NCBI GenBank assembly: GCA_051294905.1
Contig: CM119372.1
Span: 28,212,001 to 28,276,000, forward strand
Length of the DNA: 64,000 nt
Origin: Botryllus schlosseri
Taxonomy: Eukaryota
Direction: 5' to 3'
Of the stretch, positions 1 to 11,772 are shown one piece after another (position 1 is the stretch's first letter; every line of letters begins with the position of its first letter). The translations under genes and the position numbers were made by a program. Below the pieces are notes generated by a model. It ran no database searches, was not told the DNA's origin, and worked only from the letters and a program-made list of their open reading frames with translations.

Positions 1-725
1 GTAATGGTTTTTTCGGTGTTGGTATAGAACAGACATGGGGTAATCGTGATTAGTAATCGTAATCGATTACGGCGATTACAGCATTTTCAAGTAATCGTAA
101 TCGCAATCGATTACATTCGAAAAAATTCCGAAGTAATCGTAATCGTAATCTACTACTTCCCATATCTAATCGATTTCTCTGTGAAAGAACGATTACTTTT
201 TATTTGTACAAGGATTATGACATAAACTGAACATTCGTGAACAAGGAAAGATGTTATACCAGGCTCGTGACAGCACAAACGTCTGGTTTTCAAACGCCAC
301 CGCTCATTATCATCATCATCATCATTGGTTCATTATTACGTCAGAAGCAGCCTATTAGCTTTGCGCGTCATTGTGTAAGAAGTATCCACAGTAAATAGAT
401 ATTCGATGTACCTACGTCGTCCATTAGTATGATTATAAGAACACCCGCCGTGCTGTATATCAGGTTATCAACGCGTTCCACACGCCTACCTTGCAGCAGT
501 ATAATTTATCTCCGCTCTGCCTATAGTTTAAAATAGTAACTTATGTGTTGATGTTTGGTTATGCTTATGCTTAGTTAAACGCAGTTTGACCGTTGCTGCT
601 TGGCGAGCAGTAGGCCTATCCAGTACGTACGTACACCGGACAAAGATTTGAAATTTTCTACTCGTCAAATAAAACATTGCGGTTTCCACAACGAAGCAGT
701 AAAAATCAACAGCTGGTGATATATA

Positions 726-2810
726 CACTGTAAAAAATCTGGTAGATATACTGGGAAATCTCTGTAAATTTTACAACGAATTACCGGTCGCAGCCAATAA
801 CTGTGCGTATAGCTTGTAATTTTATATTTTGATATGTAATATTACCTTAGTTTAGCTGTGAAGTCAAGTTACCAGAATTTCTTCGCAAAATTACTGACAG
901 TTACTCGTAACTGCAGTTTACCAGGCTATTGGGAAGATTGATTAGCTTCATAATCGCTGCAGCCAATATATACGTGGAAATGAATGTTACTGATATATCA
1001 TTCTCGTGGTGATTTGACTTGATTCAACCTCGTTCGCGAAACTGGGGTCTGTCGTACGGAAATTGTTGGCCCTAATAGCAATTTCAGTATAGTACATAGT
1101 AGGGTACAAGAAACAACTGACAATCGTAGCTAATGTGGTTACGCCATAGCCATTATATTATATTATAATGCTATATGGCTATACGGCCGTTCTCGCTGGT
1201 TACATTCGTTGTTACGGATAGGGCTGATAAGTTAGGAAATCAGTTAACGTTATATAATATTGTTCGGGAAACTAGAAATATCAGCACCGCATGCTCAGTT
1301 GACCATTTGCTAATGGCGGACAAGGCGACCTGTAATAGGTTACAATAGGTTACCGTTACGCGTTACTGGTTTTCTGAGATTCGTAGTAAACAGCCAACGC
1401 ACAACTGTGACATCACAAGCAGCGTCTCGTTTAGTAAGTACAGTAAGTAGTGAACAACACTTGGGATAAATATCTATTTATACGAAATTAGATGGAAAAG
1501 AAAGAAACTGTATGTAATGATAAATGTTTCTGCATGAAAGAGAAATAACCCAAGTCAAACATTATAACGTGGCCAGTAAATATTATTGGTGGTATGTCAG
1601 CGGATGAATACGACTTATTTCGAAATCCTTCGAGTATAGAAATTAATTTCTATACTTCGAGTGTCGTATCGTTGTCTGGCCATTATTGAGATTTGAGCAA
1701 AGGGTGGGGCGAAGCTTGTTGTACTTGAAGAAAGTGGACACGATCGTGGAAGATTCCTAGGAACGCTGAATGGGATACGCATCGTAAAAGGTACAGTACT
1801 ATATAGTATTTGCTACCGTGAATATCCGCGACTGTGCAATGTGCACACCACTTTGATTTCATTCTCCGCATTCTCTGTTCTATTTTGGGATATTAGTCGA
1901 CTTATATAGTGACCTGTGACACCACATACTCCGTCGCGGAGGAATTTAAACTGTTGGCTTGTTTATGTCATTTTCGGGCCATAGCATAGAGATGTTTTCA
2001 TCCACTGCTGGATTTGTTTGGCACACATGCCACCTCAAATGAGGAACCTTTTGCTTCAATACATTAGATAAAGTAAGTCATGAATCTCTGCTATATCATG
2101 TACAAGGCGGAGCCTTCATCACACAATGTACCAGTACAGGTACTTCAAAACATGTTACCGTATATTCTTGTTAGCCTATTTGTCTTAGTAGTCTTTATAA
2201 TGTCATGTCTAGGCTAGGAACTTTGCTTTATATAGCGACTTACTCATGAATTCTTTTTAGTGGAACTGCAAGATACTAGTTACACAGAAGGAATGAGGAA
2301 GAGAAAAAGAAACAATTGGAAGTTTGGCAGGTGGTGGAATTAATTCAAATTTTCTTGCGACCACTCGTGTTACTGCATGTCTCCTAAAGAAGAATTAGAC
2401 CTCCAGCAGCAATACCGTACTTTTCCATCGATTACCACTTCATCGTGATATCAAGAATGAATATACAGTTTGTTCCAATGGCGTTTTGGGAGTGTGAAGA
2501 AAATTTTGCGATATTTTAGCATCGTGTTGCTTTGCGATAGGTATGGATGTGCGTGAATTTACAAGCTGGTATGTAATCCTGATTTAGGTAGGTAGGTAGG
2601 CGGTCTCGGTCTCAAATGTACAGGAGAACATGTAGATTGGATATACCGGAGGAGACTGTAACATTACAGTCTGGGGTGTAAAGTGAGATTACCGGACGAG
2701 TGTAAGTTGAATTTGCATTGACTAACGGTAATGTTAGATTACCACGAAATGTCTGGCTACCGTGCTTCCAAACATTTCGCGGTAAATCGAGGTTTTTATT
2801 TTTTACAGTG
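726..2810. mobile_element. Non-autonomous CACTG-terminated (EnSpm/CMC-like) DNA transposon
   Basis: 13-bp TIR CACTGTAAAAAAT (726-738) / ATTTTTTACAGTG (2798-2810), flanked by TA on both sides; CACTG termini with a 2-bp TSD are typical of animal EnSpm/CACTA elements. Confidence 0.7.
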
Positions 2811-3192
2811 TATATCATAAGCGAGCCGTTTTGCCATTTCTCGTAACGGCAGCTTGCAAGACAATTGAAGGCTGAATTTTATGTTCGCTTCGTGTCTTAT
2901 TCTCATACGACTAACTTGAAACGGGCGCCTATCTTTATTTCATAATTCTTTATTCAACATTGGGACCTGCCGCCATGGTCATGGGCTTAAATATCATGTT
3001 AGCGTGGGTTGTAGCTGGAACCAGGACCAAAACAGCAATTCGTCTCCCAGTCCAGACGTTGGTCTTTGGCCCCTGTAGGGTGGTAATCTCAAGTTGAAGA
3101 CTGAATTTCGTCAAAAAATTTAGTGATTGCAATATTTTACTATTAATTTTTAATCCCCTCTCAGCCCGCGACAGTCAGATATACCTGTAGAG

Positions 3193-3478
3193 TTTATTTG
3201 TTTGAGGTAATCATGGTGTTTGTCGACTACCACATGACATTTACACCAGGCCGATTCTATGCATTTTTGATTCCGTATCTGCCGACTTGCAGCATGGCCC
3301 ACTTCTAAGCTTTTTGTAAGACACCGCTTACGTGGATGAGGCGGCGAGGAGGAGCCTTGATAAACCTCCAACACTTAGGTAGGAATACCGAAGTCGACCT
3401 CGTTCAGACTCGAACCCGCAACCCACTGGTGTTGCAGCCGTGGATTATACCACTGCGCTATCTCGCCACACAATTACC
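3193..3478 (-). mobile_element. tRNA-derived SINE, full length
   Basis: Minus strand reads GGCGAGATAGCGCAGTGG (A box) ... GGTTCGAGTC (B box), followed by a non-tRNA body; 11-bp TSD TACCTGTAGAG at 3182-3192 and 3479-3489; the body recurs at ~61561-61682. Confidence 0.8.
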
Positions 3479-3823
3479 TACCTGTAGAGCTGGGGCAACG
3501 TAATTCGTGACCTCCGGTTTGTTATATAATCGAAAGATATTGTAGTGGCTCAAACGTAACAGACTAAAAGAAAAACTTTCTTGACACGCATAAACAAATT
3601 GTCATGTCTTTATATCTGACTGCACGTCTAGCAACTCAAGTTGTAAATTACTATAGGGTCAGCGGCCACATTAACTACAATAGGACTTAAAAACATTTTC
3701 ATCATGGTAAAAAAGCATTCATTCAATGCAGCCGTTGAACTTAACAATCAAGTCAAATAATTCATTGGTTTGCTCGTCAGATAGCGTTGTAAAACGTGTT
3801 GTAACACCACCTGCACTTAATTA

Positions 3824-5089
3824 CAGAGGTGATCAGTAACGAAGTACTTCTACTTTTTGGAAGTACTCAAGTAGTTTTCCTCTACTTCTGGTACTTAGTC
3901 AAGTAGATCTGATTTTCTCTACTTCTACTTCGTAATATTTCGTGATCTAATAACTTACTTTTCGCTATTTTCAGTTTGTCAAGTAGAAGTAGTTTAATCT
4001 CCCAATACGAAAGATGACCTGAGGAATTTCGGGGCTGTTTTCACGGAGTACCAACATTTAATATTCATAAAAGTCAATTAAAGTCAAAAAAATTTGTTGC
4101 GCTTCGCGCACAGTAGTTATGGAGTGACACACATGTTTCCACGAAAGTATCAGTGAATATAATTTACGTACCGGTTCTTGGTTCCGCTCACATCGTATTC
4201 TCGGCCATATCAAATATTTCATCACAGTAAATATGGCCCACCATAACATTTGAAAATACCGTTTCGCAATCTAGCAATTACCTATCATATCGTAATCTAG
4301 CAGCCCATGACGTATCCTGCTAATCTGGAAATACGGCTTTTTTTTAACGTTACACCTGTTTTAGCAGATCACCTTTGAAGATTTATGGACAAAAGACATG
4401 AAATATATTTTTCGCTTTTTAGAAGTGGTATTTGTATTTCACTTCAATTCCAAGTATCATACTTTGAGTTCTAATTACTTTCAGTTCTTTTGTCTGCAGT
4501 ACATACATGTTGAAGCATGTGTAGTAATGCCTCTATTTTCCTAAAATAAACCTACACTCAAATATAAATTTTACGATACACAATATTTGTTATTAACGTA
4601 TACTGATCGCGTAAAGTGTTGAAACCGTATCCGACACAACTTCGTCTTATTGCTCTTCGCCTAAACTTGGGGCCTTATATATAGGGGTAGGGCGCCTTGC
4701 CATGATATCCTCTAAAACGGGGTCTTCTAGTAAACAGAGGGTTGGTATCGCATTTTCATATCAATACTATAATTTGCATCCCATGATGCGGAAGAATGCT
4801 TATTCTGTCTGAAATTGATACCTACTGGGATGCATCAATACGAATCAAGCTCTCTGCACCTTCAGCATAGCTCAATTTGCAGCTTTTGACAGTCCATGCG
4901 TACGAATTAAGACGGTTTTCAAAACTACTTACTTACTTGAGTAGATTTAAATTCAGTCAATTCTACTTCTACTTCAAGTAGTTTTAGGTTGCTTGTGGAA
5001 GAAGTACTTCTACTCGTACTTGAGTAGATTTTTCGTCGCTACTTCTACTTCTACTTGAGTAGCTTTCTTGACTACTTTGACCACCTCTG
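3824..5089. mobile_element. Non-autonomous hAT-type element with TACTTC/GAAGTA subterminal repeats (copy 1)
   Basis: TIR CAGAGGTG(A/G)TCA; exact TSD CTTAATTA at 3816-3823 and 5090-5097; inverted homologous copy at 48345-49598 and an interrupted partial copy at ~34840-37310. Confidence 0.88.
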
Positions 5090-5889
5090 CTTAATTAAGT
5101 CTGGTGATGAGCAGACTTAAATTTGAGTGCCGATCAAGACGCATTTGAATGTGAGCATACTTTTTGACGTGAGTTGAGTAACGAAATCGTTGCTGAGTAG
5201 AGAATCGCTACTCGAAACCAAAGGAATTGGTCTTCACCCTAAATTATAAACTCCAGATTCCAAGCAAAGCAAGTGAAATTTTTGAATATCAATTTTTTTG
5301 TTATAGATTGATTTTTTATTATTTTTTTTTTGGATTTTCCAACGTCAAGGGGAGCCGCAAGTTGGCTAGCTGAGAGCCACATGCGGCTCTCGAACCCGCG
5401 GTTGGCAATCATTATGATCTAGAGTGGATTTTCAAGTTAATTAGATCTCTCGAAAATACTCTATATCTTATGTTGGTTTACGAAATACTTTTTGAGTCCC
5501 CTTCGATCTCGCTCTCCACCCTATTGGAAAATTTGGGGTGCGGCAGTTATGGCCCTGGCAAGAATGCAAATCGTTGGGCGCGATAAATTGACCTCTATGA
5601 AAATGGGCAATGGATGCATTATGACGTAACGAACAAATGACGCATCTTTTTTAAAGGGAGTTTGTTGTCTCATTAGGCCTTTTCAGCGCAATCCATATAT
5701 TGTCTTCCAACATAGCTTCTAAGATGCCAAATACATGTAATCGTGAGTAATCGTGATTACTTTTCCAATGTAATCGTAATCGACTACTTCCTGATTTTGC
5801 TGTAATCGTAATCGTAATCGTAATCGCGTCATTCAGAAGTAATCGTAATCCCAATCGATTACATTCATGAAGTAATCACCCCATGTCTG

Positions 5890-6035
5890 GTATAGAACCA
5901 TCTCGGCAGACTAGGGCCGCGGGGGTTCTATACCAATACCGAGAAAACCATTACCGAGAATGCATGCGAGAATGGAACTTACGCGTAGAAGCGAGAAGAC
6001 TTGCATTATCGGTATTTACGCTGTACTCAACCCTA
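5890..6035. repeat. Palindromic repeat element interrupted by the 30-5889 insertion
   Basis: Window start GTAATGGTTTTTTCGGTGTTGGTATAGAAC is the near reverse complement of GTTCTATACCAATACCGAGAAAACCATTAC at ~5925-5954; the distal part (~5985-6033) matches ~61687-61732 in reverse complement. Confidence 0.65.
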
Positions 6036-6289
6036 ATGATTTGATATCTTGGTAAATTTGGGGTACCGGGCTTATCGAACGTCTTGAAATCTTAATTAAG
6101 GATTTCGCCATGTGTTGATTGATCAGAGAGAAGACATCACGGCGCCTCTATGACAATGGTGTTCTCAAATCCACATGGTCTTCGTCATTATCGACAAGAA
6201 ATGGCTTTGAAATGACATTCCTGTCGTTACAATACATTCATTACATGCGATTTATTCCTTGAATATTTCAATGACTTTTTTACCTCGGA

Positions 6290-6762
6290 ATCAAAAGCGC
6301 ACAAGTACAACACACGCGCGTCCACGTCGTCCAAATATCATATGATCGGCCGAAAAGATCATCGCTCCATCAAATATGCCGGACCCGATGTGTGAAACAG
6401 TATCCCGCCGGCCATCCGACAGTCGACGAGCATGTCCACATTCAAGTCGAAATACAAGCAATTACTACTAAGTGAATATTAATTAGTCCATCCTCAACAT
6501 TACCGGACCACGACAGACCTATCGATCTCGCCTTCCATGACATGCCACCCCATTTCTTGCTACTTGCCTTTTTTATACTTTACTTCTTTACTTTTCATTC
6601 AGTGTGCATGCCTCCTCTTTACATTGCCTAGGCCAAGGTGGGTGTCTGATTCAATAGACTACTCCATGTCACTTCGAGACCTTCCTATCTTTTCTTTGTA
6701 TCGCATTTTTGTGGTGTATTGAACCGGTAAAATTGCTAATAAACCAATGATGATGATGATTG
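6290..6762 (+). mobile_element. 5'-truncated CR1/L2-type LINE 3' end
   Basis: Translates as AHKYNTRAS...SIKYAGPDV*NSIPPAIRQSTSMSTFKSKYKQLLLSEY*, the typical RT-ORF C-terminus with one premature stop; followed by a 3'UTR, AATAAA and an (ATG)n tail; the 3'UTR recurs at ~29054-29304. Confidence 0.75.
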
Positions 6763-7328
6763 TATATGTGGATAAATGAGCGAATAATGTATGGATTCAG
6801 CTATCCGGCCCGCCAAGTACTCAATTTTCCAACATCCGGCCCACCAACTGGAGATGTTGCCCGCGCCTGACCTAAACCGATAGCCTACTTGTAACACATC
6901 TGAATAAAGTATTGTTAAGTGTCTTCATTTTCCTTTTGTGTAACAATTTTCGCTAGGTGTAAAAAATGTGGATGGTGCTCAAAAAGCACTGGCATAACGT
7001 AATGAAATTCTAGTCATAGTCTTGATGAATGCCAAATAAAATGTTCAGGATATGGTTGGTGGAGTTTGAAATGGAATATGGAAATCGTTTTCGCCATAAA
7101 TATATGGTCAAAAGCTAGCCATTGTGGGAAAATATAATCTTCGTATGAGAGAGATTTTTTGTGACTATTCCTCATGGATAAGACGATTTCGACATGGAAA
7201 CCTGAGTTTATTTCGTACATGTCTGAATTCCAGTACAACTGAATAATATATTCATATTGAAATACACCCGAATATTTTCGGCTGACACTCGTTTAATTAT
7301 CATCTCGAAATCAACAAGTCAATTCTAA

Positions 7329-10300
7329 TTATTGCAATTTAAACATCACTTTAGCCGCGGTCCCAGTTTTCAGTGATTTCAGCGCTTCCTCGTATTCCTT
7401 CAAATCAAACACTCTCACTCCCAATTTGTCCAGGTTCAATAGCTCCTTGCCCTTGAGATCTTTCAAAAGGTTCACCGCTTCCTCGAAGCAAAACGGGTTG
7501 ATAAACGACCCTGTGATGCGCAGTTCCTTCCAGTAGATCTGAAACGGCTCCACTTCAATTTTTTCACCTGCTGGACAACATCCAAACATCGATATGAAGG
7601 CCCCCCGCCGCGCCAACTCGATGGTCTGCGAAACGAAGTCAATGGTTCGTAAGTAGATGGATGTGCAAAATGTGCCGAAAACGTTACAGCGGGATCCTCA
7701 CTTTGCGCGCCGCCATATTATTGGCAAGTCTGATGAAGGTGGTACTAGTTCTGGAATATGCAGTCAAATGCCTACAGAAGTACAAGTATGGCCACGGGCC
7801 AGGATAAAAATTTGATGCGCAATTTTTTTATAAATACTGGCGTGACGTCACGAACTTCAATTCTGACGCATCGAAAACGAATGACGCCATAATGGGAAAG
7901 TCGTTTCTTCCCCTGTATTTTCATGAATTTGTTTATTGACAACAACATGCGCGGCGTGCACTGCACACGCATCGGCGTTTGGCGCACCACCCACTCATAT
8001 GAATGAACAATAATTACCATTCGTGACAGCTGGATAAAAAAACATATTCAGCAAATCATTCAGTTGCCTATGCTGAATACTATAACATATAAATATCGAC
8101 GAAACACATTGAGTGATGAAACCAAATCAACGCCCGGAAAGAAAATATCGATTATGGTAACGATTATGGTAAGTAGGCCTAAACAGATGTAGAAAAATGG
8201 TTGGAGAATATATAGTGAGGTGGTTCTCAACCTTTAATAACCGCGGAACCTCAAACTTTCTCAGAATCAGAAAAACGAAAATCTACCACATTAAACATCT
8301 CACTTCACATATTATACAATACATTACTATATATTACTGGTGCACAAAATGAACTGCGCATATCAACAGAGTGTTTAAAGAACAAAATCATTATAGTATG
8401 AATTTTACTGAATACGAATAAATTACATTAAATATCTATTGCAAATCAGCGTGGCTAATTTTGCTATTCTCTTTTATAGACCAGTTTGAAATGCGAGGCT
8501 TCGTTTTAGCAAGTGCCACCGTATTGTTCGGTCGAAACGCAGCAAACGCAACAGCGTGATACCTTGCCTAATTGCAAATGAGCTAATAAATATTGGAGAT
8601 AGAACAGTATTTCGGAAGGACGATCGAAACCCCACCTCGAAGAATGCCTGACACTGGTTCATGGAACGCCTGGGATTCCCGTGAACCACTGGTAGTGGTT
8701 TTAAAGAAAAGACCCGTCGAAGGACCAATACCAGAAACGGAATGATAAGAGCCATAGGAAATCGCCAAAATGGAAGACAGCGGAAAGATAGGGCTATTAC
8801 CACTAGTAGGCGGGTGGGAATATGACATGTTGGATCGATAAACCATATTCTGTAGTTTCGAGATCCTCAATTCCTCATATCTCATGAGTTCTTAAACTGC
8901 GGTCCGACAAGGTCAACGTTAAAGCTACAACTATAAAACTATATTTTTCTTGTCCATATTTAGACTTATCTCTCTATTCTTTTCAATGCTCACCGCCGGC
9001 CACACGGACGATGCACGATGCATACTCGGTCGACACTTGCTCTCCAACTGGCAATCAGACTGTGATTAGGGGAAAGTGATGACCTCTAATTTAGTCATCA
9101 GCTTACCAAATTTAGCGGCAAGGACAGCAACTGAGAATTGTTCGCTGTGCTTAATTTTTTTCGTAAACCAGATCACAACAGTGGGTCCACGCAACCACTC
9201 AAAAAATTTAGGGGCCATATCCCTCAAAAAAGTTTTAATACCCTGTTACTGTCTTTTCTATATACTTTCCACCGCATTTGTGTTGTGTGTCGCATTTTAC
9301 ATCTTATACGTGTGTCTTGAGTGGATGGAAGTATTATAATCACTGTTAAGTATTATGAAAATTTTGTCTGCCTCGTAATTTCATATGATGCATCTCGTCA
9401 TAAATATTCTGAAAAATGGCTATACTAGGAAATTAGTAGTTCCCCACTGGTGCCCCACAGCCATAGGTGTTCATAAGCGATTTCAATACATATAGGCCTA
9501 TATGCAGCCTACAAACCGTTTGTACCGCCTTGCAATTCCCGGTGCAATCATAGATTACATCGAAGCCGTCGGAGTCAGCATCTTTTCCTGACATGAGGAG
9601 ACCGAGCTCTTGGGGGTGGATGACATCATATCCGAGACCTAATGCTGGATGTTGCAAATAGAAGGAATTATACCGACTCGAATACACCGACGATAATGAC
9701 ATAATCAGATTTACCGGAACACGTCTTCCGTCTACCTTCGTGTGGCTCGCTGATAGTAACATTATTGTACCCGTTCACGTAAAACAAACACGCAAACATT
9801 GATCCGATTATACCAGCTCCTTGAATTAACACTTTCGACGATTTTAAAGGGAGCTTGTCCATCATCTTCCAGCCCCGTAAAACGCATGAATATGGCTCGC
9901 TTAGAGCACCGGCGTCAAGAGGTACTTCGGGAGGTAGCTGGTAAACCTATCACGCAGTAGACTAAATCATAATTACAACCTCGATTTCGTAAATGAAGAT
10001 TTACCTACCGAAGAATCGGGAACGACGCAGTATTCTGCCCATCCGCCGTTTCTTTTCACTCCAATCGCTTCATTCTTTTCGCAAAAATGTGGAGTTTGCC
10101 GACTAGCCCAACTACAAACCCCGCAGCATGCATTTGGATCTATAGATACATGGTCTCCCACCTATACAGAAATTGTCTGAGGCATTATCGCGGCCAATTA
10201 TTCAAACAGATGCACCTACATTGGGTTCGTGAAAAAAAAATTGAAAAGTAAATTTGGCTGGTTGGTTGGATGACGCGATGAGTAGGCTAGCCTAGTTTGC

Positions 10301-11157
10301 TGGTGTTTTTGAATGCCAGACTAGCAAAATCAGGTGATCTTTTCCATCCCTAACTGCATTTGGTATGTTTTTTCATGATCGGGAATATGTTGGCTTTAAA
10401 AAAGAAACACTTACAGAAGCAGCGTCGTTATGATCGAATAGGTGTGACTTTTTCCCGCTTGTAGGGGACTGTCGTGGGCAACACAAAATCGTCGTAACGC
10501 GAGCGGTGCTTTTACCAAGAGTTTAAGGATATGGAATATATCAAAGGTAGAAATCCATCAAGAAATCCGGAAAAGGAAAACACACTCGGAAAGAAGTATT
10601 TTAACACGACACAGTTCTTCCGTAAAAATGATTCGTTCGGTAAGTCTTTTATAATCCTAAAGCCCCCTAAAAATTCTAAATCTCACCTAGTGGGAATTCT
10701 TCCAATTGGAAACCACTGTCGTAACCAAATGTCATACCTAGGGTTTGCTGTATGGAATTAAGGATTAATAACTCAGTGTTGTAGTTCATTTTTTGAGTGA
10801 TGGTTACATACCTTAAACTTGCCCACGTTAGATCCTACTTCGACGACAGTTCCCGAAAATTCGTGGCCAAGTACGACTCCGTCCTGTTTCGGTGAGAACT
10901 TGCCCATTTCATTTGACATGAAGTGAAAATCAGAGCCACAGATCCCTGAAATATGCAAGTATTTTGGAAATGTCGCAGTTGCTGCTAATTGTATCACTGT
11001 CATAATCGCTTATTTGGGAGCCTATAGCGATATGAATAAACTTGCCGGAAAACGCAACTTTGATTTTCACATCGTCCGGCTTTTGTACGCTTGGCTCCTC
11101 AATATTTTCAGCATAAGACAATGTCTTGGAATCGCCTTGCCACCATAAAGCTCTCAT
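7329..11157 (-). CDS. Zinc-dependent medium-chain dehydrogenase (polyol/threonine dehydrogenase-like), 6 coding exons, ~351 aa
   Basis: Exons 11157-11046, 10945-10812, 10161-10009, 9946-9715, 9644-9517, 7625-7329 join in frame (1056 nt). Motifs GICGSD, LGHEFSG, structural-Zn loop CCGVC...HFC, GAGIIG, DCTG, KELRITGSF. Confidence 0.92.
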
Positions 11158-11772
11158 TGTGCTGTACAGGTATGAATTCAGCCCGCACGATTCGCTGCAT
11201 ATGCGACTTTACAGTTGTTTTTGCTTGGATGGTCGTGGTCCTGGTCACGTGATCTCTGTTGATCATTAACCCGGCGCAGGCGCATTGCCGACGATTTGCA
11301 GCAAGCTGCAGCTTCATTTGGAAACCACGGGGCGATCGCAATCCAGCATACGTTCAGCTCATTGCTCATCAAACGTAATAAATGCGGGAGTGTCCCCGTG
11401 CAGCATTTTATAGTATAATGCGAAAGCCGAGTAGACTCAGGATTACTAGACTGACTTGCAAGTAAAGCACAAAATGCGCCTGCTGTGTTAGCATATATAC
11501 ATCTAGTACGACACCTCGAATACCCTACATGAGTGAGGATTATTTGTGTCTACCTACGTCGGCAGAGAGCCGATCTTGATATCAGATATCGGAGCTTTGC
11601 AACGAATTTATTGCTGTTGTTTGGTCGGCAATTTGAAACGATTCTCTATCTCTCCCTCATCGAAACCCAATGTCGTTTTATGCCAATATAACATACGGTA
11701 GAAACCTGTAACACGTATCTACTGTTATTTATTGTATTTTCCTGTTATTTTTCGTAGAATTACATCTTAATC
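11158..11772. promoter_or_regulatory. Putative bidirectional promoter / 5' region between divergent dehydrogenase genes
   Basis: Start codons face away from each other only 615 bp apart; no repeat insertion is evident in the interval, unlike the surrounding introns. Confidence 0.5.

Larger units (their letters stand above)
30..5889. mobile_element. Large non-autonomous hAT-type DNA transposon with GTAATC subterminal arrays; hosts nested insertions
   Basis: 12-bp TIR CAGACATGGGGT (30-41) / ACCCCATGTCTG (5878-5889); exact 8-bp TSD GTATAGAA at 22-29 and 5890-5897; (GTAATC)n arrays at ~40-150 and ~5736-5877. Confidence 0.85.

Noticed and set aside
3395..3467. tRNA-Cys-like gene on the minus strand
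   Set aside because: The acceptor stem does not close; the sequence continues into a repeated body and is bounded by a TSD, so it is a SINE head.
8474..8885. Overlapping ~100-aa ORFs in the last intron of the dehydrogenase
   Set aside because: No recognisable domain; probably decayed repeat sequence following a hAT-like end near 8217.
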